A stretch of 64,000 nucleotides of DNA from Octopus vulgaris (lineage: Eukaryota). Each line of letters begins with the position of its first letter. The first letter of the stretch is position 1. The notes under the pieces were generated by a model. It was given only the letters and a program-made list of their open reading frames with translations. It had not been told where the DNA came from and searched no databases. Location of the stretch: assembly GCA_951406725.2 (NCBI GenBank), contig OX597814.1, positions 217,186,001 to 217,250,000 of the forward strand. The letters are read 5' to 3'. Positions 53,694 through 64,000 of this stretch are shown here, piece after piece. The translations under genes were made by a program, and so were the position numbers.

Positions 53694-54921
53694 TTTCCTA
53701 TATCAGAATGCTTCACAGAGATTTCATTTGTGTTTCGATTCTGGTAGAGAGAGAGAAAGAGCAGCGTGTTGCGTTATTCTCATTTTGATTCCTTTACTGA
53801 ACTGGAAAGAGGAAGGAGACGCTTTCCCTACGACATGAAAATAGCTTCGTGGTTGGAATTCAAAAAGAAAGGTTTTCAACGAATGAATACCGCATGTACA
53901 CACACATTTTATCTGCACCACAAATAACCGAATAGTTCAAGTAGACGAAGAGTTATATTAAATAAGCTTACAACAACTTACAACTTAAATATATGTGCTG
54001 TATGAACGGAAGGAAGACCGGACTGAAAAATAATTTGAGGTAATTATTGTTTTATGCATATATGCATCACACACACACATTATATATATATATATATATA
54101 CATAGAAGTAAATATATGGCACAACGAAGTACCGATATTTACCTATCTAGGTATTTCATCTTTCAGATGTTCTCCCTGGAGGTAAGACAATTTTTTTCAA
54201 GTTTGTTGCACACACGCATTTTTGCTAGTACATACGCGGTGAAGCTATACATTAGCGTCGTATTTATTATGTTCGCTATTTTCCAGTAAATATCGGTACT
54301 TTGTTATGCCATATATTTACTTCTATGTATAATTTTCCCTCACGGGCTATTCTTTACTGGAAAGCAATGCTCTCGTATTGCATTACTATTTTTATTATAT
54401 ATATATATATATATAAATGTATGCATATTTGCATGTATGAATACGGCGTCGAATTAGCAGAAGCGTTAGTGCTTTGGTTAGAATGAATTACTGCTTATGT
54501 TTTAACTAACTGCATTCTGAGTCCAAATCTCATATAGTCAACGTAAAAAAAAATCAGAAAGAAAAGAAACCGGTGCATCTGAGTAGAATCTGTGATAAGC
54601 TTGAGAATTCCTTATGTAAGTGTCCGAATACTCGGATGCTGCTTATTCAAGTCGCCCAGATTTAATGAGGCTGAACAGTGACCAGCTCAACGTATATACT
54701 ACACCAAATGACGGAGAGTGACTTATGGACTTACAGCGTAAACAAACGAGTACCACATATTTAACAATACTCAACACCTTACACAACAAAACTCCACAAA
54801 ATACCATTTTTAAGGAACCGTTTCCGTTTTCCTCAAAAATCCGTGGCACCAAATAACGCGAAGATGCATCTACAGTTCAGACAGACTCACTTATCCGAAA
54901 ACTCACACTCCTTACACATTG

Positions 54922-55138
54922 ACTCTCTTTTACTCTTTTACTCTTTTACTTGTTTCAGTCATTTGACTGCGGCCATGCTGGAGCACCGCCTTTAATCGAG
55001 CAAATCAACCCCGGGACTTATTCTTTTGTAAGCCCAGTACTTATTCTATCGGTCTCTTTTGCCGAACCGCTAAGTAACGGGGACATAAACACACCAGCAT
55101 CGGTTGTCAAGCAACGCTAGGGGGACAAACACACACAC

Positions 55139-55197
<59 letters not shown>

Positions 55198-55363
55198 TAC
55201 GACAGGCTTCTTTCAGTTTCCGTCTACCAAATCCACTCACAAGGCATTGGTCGGCCCGGGGCTATAGCAGAAGACACTTGCCCAAGATGCCACGCAGTGG
55301 GACTGAACCCGGAACCATGTGCTTGGTTAGCAAGCTACTTACCACACAGCCACTCCTGCGCCT
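54922..55363 (-). mobile_element. SINE family B, full length
   Basis: Near-identical to 41059-41507 outside the microsatellite. Confidence 0.92.
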
Positions 55364-57954
55364 GTTGCGAATAAATAAGCGGGTTGTTCTTTCTTACAAA
55401 TGAGCGAATTCCTTGTATAGACATCCACATATGCAACTAGGTATAAATGTCACACACCCATTGGCGACTGTGTGTACACACACACACACACACGCTGTGT
55501 TGTGTCTGTAATGAAAGGCAGTCGCTCATCTGCTACTCATTGAAAAGTGAAAGAAAGTCAATACGATGATTATTTAATGTTCTAAATATATACACTTTAT
55601 ATACTTTATGCACAGTTTTATAGACTTTATACACAACACTCATAAAATAAATATTCACTCTTATTTTTCCATTTTCCTCATAAACAAAAAGCAAAAAAAT
55701 ATTGCTGTACATATGATAGTTAAATTGCATATGTCTGCCACGTAAATAAGCGTGAATATTTCTCAGAATTGCACTTATGCACATGCGTTAACTGATAGGT
55801 TAATTAATTCAATTAATTAAAAAATTAATTCAATTTATAAAATGCACTTTTTACTATCCAATTACTACCACCACCATCATCTCTCCCCCCTCTCTCTGCC
55901 TTTCTTTCACCTCACCATCAGAACATCACCTCTCTGCTAAAATTATACTTTTAACTCTCTTCCTTTGCCTTCAACTAACTTTTTAAACCACGTAATAAAT
56001 ATTACGTCCCCCCTACCTCACGTCATGGACTCTTCTCACTCCATCTTTCTCTTTTCCCCCTCTTTCTGTTTCACTCCTCGCCTTATCTTCTTTTTCTCTC
56101 AACTTTTTCTTTCTCCTCTCTTTCAACTCTCTTTCTCCTCTCTTTCTCCTTCAACTAATCACATGAAAGCATTACAATTATATTTCCTCTACCTCACGTC
56201 ATGGACGCTTCTCTCTACCTCTTTTTTTCTTATCACGTGTATGCGTTGCCGACGAGCTAAGTAACGCAATGACAAGCAGAATTATCATAAGATATTTGTC
56301 ATGTAATTAGAAGCAAACGAAAAACTACGTGGGTAGAAGTAAATCACAGGCGTAAGAGAATTAACGACCGATGTTGAATTAGGCTACTCCTCACACTGTT
56401 TCCAAGGTTTATTACATCTAGATTTCATGTCCCTGCTGAATATTTTATGGTCTTTTCAACATTAACTAGTTTCCCGTAGCTACGGGGCGCTTGACACATT
56501 CTAATAACAAGTTTAAAAAATCAAGCAACACTAAAATAAACCGATTAAAGGAACATCATATGAAATGAAATATGACATTTTTTTTTATTCTTATACGACT
56601 TAACAGCTTGGAAATAAAGTAGCTGACTTCTTTTAACACATATTTAAATATTTAATAGTATGGAAATTAAATGCTTCAATTTTCGTTTAAGAAATACTAT
56701 ATGATAAGAGTTAATTACTTGTCACGTTTTTGTGATTGGTTAATCTGAAATGCAAATAAAATATAAACAGTATATTGTTCTTACTTTAAACTACAACTTC
56801 ATTTCTGATTTGCTTATTCTACATTTCGTTGTCGTGTATAGTTTTTATAGTTTTAGATATTTTCTCAAAGGAAAAAAAAGTCATTTTATAAATATAACTA
56901 TTGCTTCGTTGACAAACTTTAACGATTATTTACTTTATACGTATTTTTTCCTTTTAATTACCAAGAAACGAAACTAGTGCTTTAATGATAAAAATTGTTA
57001 GTTTTTGTATATTAGGATTTCTTTCTGTGGGATTAAGATTATATTAGTATTTCTTTGGATTATATTAGTGTTTATTTTAAATATTTAGGTGACATTGACA
57101 ATACTTTTTTTTTAAAAGAGTAATGCATATTTAGTTAAGATCATTCTAGTCTTATACAATTATATCAATGATTGTCAGAAAATAGTAATTTTAGATTAAT
57201 GCGTTCTCATATGGGGTCCCAGAAGAAAGTTAGCGGAAATAAAGAATTCATGAAATTTTTCGTATTATTTTATGATGTTATAACAATCATAGTTCTTTAT
57301 ATTAATTTCAACAGCACTATTATATACGCCTACAGATACAAAAATGTCTCGTCTGCGTGCTTTACAATAAGAAATTCTTCAGGAAGGGTTGGGTAAGATT
57401 AGCTGAGTCAAACACATGCAGTAAACAAATAAAATAATAGACACAGGAGATGCCTTATGAACTACATTCAGTGTAATAGGATTTTGTAGAAGTGATTTGC
57501 GTACATTCACCCAGTTTCAGATAATAAATCCTTTATAAATATGCGTTACTTAAAGATATATTTATATCAGAACTGGCTGCTTGGTAATAATAAACAGTTT
57601 GTTTCATACGGCGCACATAGAGTAAATCATGTATTTCAAACAATTATCAATGGGTCATATGTCGATGGAGGAGATATTGTAGAATAGTCCCCCTCCTTTC
57701 AAGTTCACATCAAATGAGCAATACAGGTTCAATACCCAATCGAACTACTTGAGTTCACTTTTTTCACGTACTTGTGGCTTTCAGCTGTGTAAAAGGTCTA
57801 GAAAGAAAGACTAAAAAAAAATGACAAGTGGCGAAACATGTTGCCCCAAGTTGACTTTCTGACAGATAGGCCCTTCTAGAAAGATTTGGTGCAGAATTAT
57901 ACTCTGCCAGAGAGATTTATGATTAAGAATCTACATAATGTGGTGGTGCATATT

Positions 57955-58345
57955 GGGATGGAGGCACTCCGTCGGTTACGACGACGAGGGTTCAGGTTGA
58001 TCCGATCAACAGAACAGCCTGCTCGTGAAATTAACGTGTAAGTGGCTGAGCACTCCACAGACACATGTACCCTTAACGTAGTTCTCGAGGATATTCAGCG
58101 TGACACAGAGAGTGACAAGGCTGGCCCTTTGAAATACAGGTACAACAGAAACAGGAAGTAAGAGTGAGAGAAAGTTGTAGTGAAAGAGTACAGCAGGGAT
58201 CACCACCATCCCCTGCCGGAGCCTCGTGGAACTTTTAAGTGTTTTCGCTCAATAAACACTCACAACGCCCGGTCTGGGAATCGAAACCGCGATCCTATGA
58301 CCGCGAGTCCGCTGCCCTAACTGCTGGGCCATTGCGCCTCCACCT
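57955..58345 (-). mobile_element. SINE family A, full length
   Basis: TSD gtggtgcatatt 57943-57954/58346-58357. Confidence 0.92.
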
Positions 58346-58374
58346 GTGGTGCATATTAACCATAAAATGAAAGA

Positions 58375-58630
58375 AACTTTCAGAGATGTTTGGCGTCGTG
58401 ACTGGCACGAACTGATTAGATTTTGGGATCGATCTGGTACCGGAGAAGGATTCCGGATTATTTTTCCGTTTTTTTATTTATTAATTTTTGAGAGCGGTCG
58501 GGTTCATTTTTAATATTCTCGTTTGTGAGAATTTGAGATATTCTCATTTTAAAAATCAGCTCGAGCTAATCGCTGAGAGGCTGTTGCTGTTGTCTTGGCG
58601 GAGGTTTGCGCTCTCTGAGTGCTCTTGTTT
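58375..58630 (+). mobile_element. 3' part of a Helentron-associated (HINE-like) element
   Basis: Ends cttggcggaggtttgcgctctctgagtgctcttgttt (sub-TIR plus short stem-loop); recognised from memory. Confidence 0.5.
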
Positions 58631-58654
58631 ATTTATTTATTTATCTATTTATAT

Positions 58655-58810
58655 ATCTATTTACTAATATATAGCAGAGGTAACAGAGTTACTCAAGGTC
58701 CGAGAGTTTCCTGCGTTGGCACTTATCAAAGTAATTTGATAAGCGCCGACGCACAGAACTCTCGGACCTTGAGTCATTCTGTGACTTCTGCTAAATGTTA
58801 ATAAAAATAT
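58655..58810. repeat. Imperfect fold-back of a hammerhead-like unit
   Basis: Arms around gtaa 58731-58734; third partial copy at 1110-1165. Confidence 0.88.
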
Positions 58811-58862
58811 ACATATACTCATATTTTGAGCTCTATTTTTCCTGTTCGCATCAACGTATGTT

Positions 58863-58931
<69 letters not shown>

Positions 58932-59459
58932 AATAATTAAAAGGTCGGGCAACAGGCTGCTTCGCCGCATACCGAAGGAATTAGAAATGGCAGTCAAAGA
59001 CTGTTTTTTCCATTTTCTACAAGTATATATATATACGAGTGAGTAGACAAACGAAAGAAGGGCACTCAAGCAATTTATTGGGAGTTACATGTATGGGACA
59101 AAACAGTTTGATTCAAATTCGATAGTGCTATGAGTTTCAAGGGCAATGCTAGCCGTCAGCCATTTTGAATTTGAACGACAGAAGTAGATTGTTATTACCG
59201 TAAGGTGGGCTGCAATTGGTCGAAGAAGGTCACGCAGTGTCGTGGTATGATGTTGGTAAACGAGTAACAGTTAGTTGGAAAACACTGCATTGCGAACAGG
59301 AAATTGACCACGTGGAGGATGAGAAATAAACTAGAAGTCGGTCAGGTTGTTGGGAGGGAAGTAGGAAATGGGCGGCATGCGCCTGTACACGTGCTTCTGT
59401 ACGCGCGCGTGCGCAAGTATTCCCGGGCAAAACAAGCGTTTTGGTAAGCCTTGAGGATT

Positions 59460-60540
59460 GATAAACGGCCCTCTACAAGGACGGCTTGCTATAGGTATCT
59501 CAAACCATACGAACGACCACACCATGGGAGGACTTGATAGAAATACCTAAGGAGTTCAGCCTGACCATAACGGTTACCACCAACCTGACTACGGTCGATT
59601 TTTTGGTTGTAACCTATGACCGCAGTACGGGAAAGTATTACCCGTACAGGAAACCTAACGAGGACACAGTATACATCCACAAGAGCTCAAAGCATCCCCC
59701 GTCCCCGCAGTAATTAGAAACCTAGTTCCAGGCATTGGTAAATGACCATCTAATCTCTCGGCCATAGAAAGATCTTTAACAGGGCCGCCCCACCCCCATT
59801 GCAACGATGCTTTGACTAGGAGCGGGTTTACTGAGAAGCTCTCGTATGTGGACAACCCCAAACACTCTCTCCTCACCCTAAAAGGAATAGGAGAAGGAGA
59901 ATTATATGGTATAAATCCATTTCAACCTAGAAGTTTCCACCAACGTAGCTAGGAGCTTCCTGTCGTTAATAAAGAGACACTTCCCCAGAGGCCATAAGTA
60001 TTACAAACTCTTCAACCCCTATAATGTCAAGGTGAGTTACTCCTGCTTAGACAACATCGCACGCATCAACAGACGTAGAAATGCACCCACACCATCCCAA
60101 CCCCAACCTACAATTTCCGAAATCTCACCACGTGCTCTCTAGAAAAATCTTGACTCTCAAGGGCCGTAGTATACAGAGCCACCCTTACACCATCCGATGG
60201 CATTACTAGGCACTATACGGGTATGACAGCTAATGGCTTCAAGTGAAGATACTCCCAACATATGCATTCGTTCAGACCCAGGGATAGAGAGAACTCTACT
60301 TCCTTGTCTTGTTTTTTTCAGGAGACACCGCTATCTCCGAGATGAAATACCTAGCATCAAGTGGTCTATTATAGACAGAGCGCCACCATATTCACCCGCA
60401 GCTCCCAACTGCCAGCTCTTCCTCCGCGAAAACCTGCATATCCTCCAACAACCCGCAGTATCCATCAACAAGAAATACGATTTATCTTATTGCTGTCACC
60501 AGAGATATGCCCCTCTGACAAATTTGGTTGTTGTTTAAAT
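59460..60540 (+). mobile_element. Decayed Penelope-like element: RT C-terminal half plus GIY-YIG endonuclease
   Basis: LYKDGL (YRDD remnant), VDFLVVTYDRSTGKYYPYRKPN...YIHKSSKHPP, RRRIIWY, KRHFPRGHKYYKLFNPYNVKVSYSCLDNI, VVYRAT...HYTGMTANGFK-RY, IKWSIIDRAPPYSPAAPNCQL. Confidence 0.88.
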
Positions 60541-61094
60541 TCCATTCAAAAGACCTTGTCTCTGGGTTTAAGAGTGACTCTTTTTGGAGAGAAAACCAAA
60601 AGAAAATATATGCATACGTACATACATACTTCAATAAACGTTCACAATCACTTTCACATAATTATTCAACGATAGTCAAAAATATGAATCAGTACTTATA
60701 AGGACATACATGTGTGTGTGGAGGGGAGTAAGGTGTTGCACTCACGATCTTGAGATCGTGGTTTCAATTCTTAGACCGGGTGGTGCGTTGTGTTCTTGAG
60801 AAAATCACTTCATCTGATTTGATGCAGTACGAATATTTTGATTACTATAAACAAATCATTTGCGCAGGTCGTTCAGCAAAAGCCAAACACTTATACGTCG
60901 TCTTCGATGGGAGAGTCCATCATACACACACACACACACATATATATATCGCTGAAGGTATAGGATGTTATTCAAGCACTCGATTAAAAGTCCACTGCAT
61001 CTTATAACAGAAACAGCCGTAAGCTAATGGAGTTCATAACATAATCATTGTTTTCCCTGTCATCTCCTTTATATATATATATATATATATATTG

Positions 61095-61325
61095 AAGGTG
61101 GCGAGCTGGCAGAAACGGTAGCACGCCGGGCGAAATGCGTAGCCGTATTTCGTCTGCCGTTACGTTCTGAGTTCAAATTCCGCCGAGGTCGACTTTGCCT
61201 TTCATCCTTTCGGGGTCGATAAATTAAGTACCAGTTACGCACTGGGTCGATATAATCGACTTAATCCATTTATCTGTCCTTGTTTGTCCCCTCTGTGTTT
61301 AGCCCCTTGTGGGTAGTAAAGAAAT
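61095..61325 (+). mobile_element. SINE family D, full length, within (TA)n
   Basis: A-box-like tggcagaaacggtagc, B box gagttcaaattc, Meta-like body. Confidence 0.88.
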
Positions 61326-61334
61326 ATATATATA

Positions 61335-61396
<62 letters not shown>

Positions 61397-61558
61397 TATA
61401 TATGTATATATATATACACATATGTATACATATATACATACATACATATACATATATATAGTTAATCCAAACATGAACAAAGAGAAAACACAACAACGCG
61501 ATGACGTGGAACAAGTATAGTGTTATTGGACGCTCAGGAAAGGAAAGAAAGAAGGAGG

Positions 61559-61593
61559 ATTTAACGTTTCGAGCGGAGCTCTTCGTCAGAAAC
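61559..61593 (-). ncRNA. Minimal type I hammerhead motif within (TA)n-anchored element 61461-61660
   Basis: guuu-CUGACGA-a-gagc-ucc-gcuc-GAAAC-GUU-aaau; palindromic AACGUU stem III. Confidence 0.7.
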
Positions 61594-61761
61594 ATAGAAA
61601 AAGGAAAGGTCCAAGGAAGGGAAGACGGAGAAAGAAAATCGCCAACGATACACACACGGCCACACATGCACGCGCGCGCACACACATACACAGACACACA
61701 AATACACGCACACATATATTCTGTATATGCAAGTTGGTGGAAAAACCCCAGCCAAACTGTA

Positions 61762-62169
61762 TTACTCTTACTCTTTACTCTTTTACTTGTTTCAGTCATT
61801 TGACTGCGGCCATGCTGGAGCACCGCCATTAATCGAGCAACTCGATCTCGGGACTTATTCTTTGTAAGCCCAGTACTTATTCTATCGGTCTCTTTGCCGA
61901 ACCGCTAAGTGACGGGGACATAAACACACCAGCATCGGTTGTCAAGCGATGTTGGGGGGACAAACACAGATATACAAACTCACTCACACACACACACACA
62001 CACATATATATATACATTTCAGTTTCCATCTACCAAATCCACTCACAAGGCATTGGTCGGCCCGAGGCTATAGTAGAAGACACTTGCCCAAGGTGCCACG
62101 CAGTGGGACTGAACCTGAAACCATGTGGTTGGTAAACAAGCTACTTACCACACAGTCACTCCTGCGCCT
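61762..62169 (-). mobile_element. SINE family B, full length
   Basis: Matches 41059 and 54922. Confidence 0.9.
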
Positions 62170-63166
62170 TGTATACAGATGCAATTTATAATGTATAGAG
62201 CCACAGGAATCCATTCCGCCCCGTTTTCTCTTACCATTCAGTTTTACTTCCCTTCCCCGCACAGGTATGGTAACGTCTTCAGATTAATATCATTAAATAG
62301 CTTTCAGAGTTCTGGGGCTGATGCAGGAAGACGTAACGTTCTCTCTGTCAAGATTAGACGTGCTGTATATAAACTTATCTGATAGCTACCTAATTTTCAT
62401 CGAATAAACAGCAGTGGATGTGATGGCGGTGGGTACGAGGTCAGACGGTTGCGGGGCATGAAACAGAAAGGGGGAAAACATCTGGAGCCTACCTACTTCA
62501 TCTTTTATAAACATCATCGCTTTCATTCGTTTGCTGTATAAGAGGGGCTTAGGAGAATTGGACATGTGGGGCGAAGGAGGAGGAGAGAAAGAGAGAGAGA
62601 GAGAGAGAGATGATGATGTCATTATTTTAGTTGTTATATAATTATTGTTGTTGTTGCTGCTGCTACCAATGTGGCTGCTGGAGCTCCTGATGGTTTAGCT
62701 AATCTCTCTTAGTAGCATAACTGTTGATATAATTCATTATGACGATGATGATGATAATGCTAATGATGGGGATGAACATGATGCGGATGAGATGATGACT
62801 ATTACGATCATCACCGTCGTGATAATTTCCTTGTCATTTCATTTTTTAATCTCACCTTTGCCATGTTTACTCTCCCACCTCTTATTTCAGTGTGTCACTT
62901 CACCCGGCCATTCGTAATCATCATCATCATCACCATCATCATCATCATAATGCCCCACTATTTTCTCCTCTAGACACACGCGGTCGTCTCTATGGGATTC
63001 ACACACGTGTTGTGCAATTGTTACACGCCAACCGTGACTGACTGTTCAATTTATAGAGAACTTTTTTACGCTCATTATGCGCTGCTTTTGGTAATACTAT
63101 TTTGTAATGTGAATACATACATGTCGCAAACACACACACACATATATGTACACCTATACACCTATA

Positions 63167-63492
63167 GGGCGTTGTGAGTGTTTATTGAGTGAAAACACCT
63201 AAAGCTCCACGAGGCTCTGGCAGGGGATGGTGGTGATCCCTGCTGTACTCTTTCACCACAACTTTCTCTCACTCTTACTTCATGTTTCTGTTGTACCTGT
63301 ATTTCAAAGGGCCGGCCTTGTCACTCTCTGTGTCACGCTGAGTATCCCCCGAGAACTACGTCAAGGGTACGCGTGTCTGTGGAGTGCTCAGCCACTTACA
63401 CGTTAATTTCACGAGCAGGCTGTTCCGTTGATTCGGATCAACCGGAACCCTCGTCGTCGTAACCGACGGAGTGCTTCCATCCCATTCCATCC
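63167..63492 (+). mobile_element. SINE family A, 5'-truncated
   Basis: TSD acacctata 63158-63166/63493-63501; (ccat)-type tail. Confidence 0.9.
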
Positions 63493-64000
63493 ACACCTAT
63501 AAAAACAGAAAGAAATACATACATACATACATACATATAAACACACGCGCACGCACACACACACACACGCACACACACAAACACAGACATAATGGCTTTA
63601 AGAAACTTCTTGGATGTCGTCTCACTAATTAAATTTGTAGACTATTTCTTTATTTTCCTTGTCGTAATGGTAAATTTGATGTCTTTAAATTTTTACAAAT
63701 TTTCTGCAACATTGCTGGCTAGTACCATAACATAGTTGAAAATTGTCTCTGCTGCCACATAGCTGCTCCTATTTAGATACACCTATTTAGATACACCTGT
63801 GTTTCTGAACCTTTTCACTCTTAGGGAATCTTTGATATACCTTCCATATATCAGCGAACCTTTCACGAAAATTATTATTTTTCTTTATTAATCTTTTTCT
63901 TGAAGATAAATTTTATAATTGATCAAACAAATCAGGAAACTGTGCTGAATCCACTTGACAACATGAAGAACATTTTGAAAATTTCGTCTTAACCAAGGCC

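Noticed and set aside
55784-56268. Pyrimidine-rich segment with tgcgtta/taacgca ends and duplicated ctacctcacgtcatggac
   Set aside because: Inverted ends only 7 bp and no TSD; insufficient for a MITE call

Overview
AT-rich, repeat-saturated eukaryotic (animal) DNA with no recognisable host gene. The SINE/LINE repertoire and huge (TA)n/(TACA)n/(TAA)n microsatellites resemble an octopus genome (inference, not verified). Almost all supplied ORFs are microsatellite or SINE read-through artefacts. Real coding remnants are all transposon-derived: a hAT/Buster end, a 5'-truncated RTE LINE with a PHD-type finger inside its RT, a CR1 3' end, several R4/Dong-like pieces in (TAA)n tracts, mariner, maT-like and Tc1 fragments, and a decayed Penelope-like element (RT + GIY-YIG). 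Four tRNA-derived SINE families, two non-autonomous Helitrons, hAT MITEs and a likely solo LTR are also present. The main unannotated signal is a set of short non-coding elements, mostly in or beside microsatellites, carrying type I hammerhead ribozyme (HHR) motifs. These are complete at 5730-5812 and 39246-39290 and near-complete at 61559-61593, with about ten relics, and several are arranged as fold-back palindromes. Two unrelated families show a U3-A8 compensatory core (UUGAUAA). All folds were derived by eye and no activity is demonstrated.
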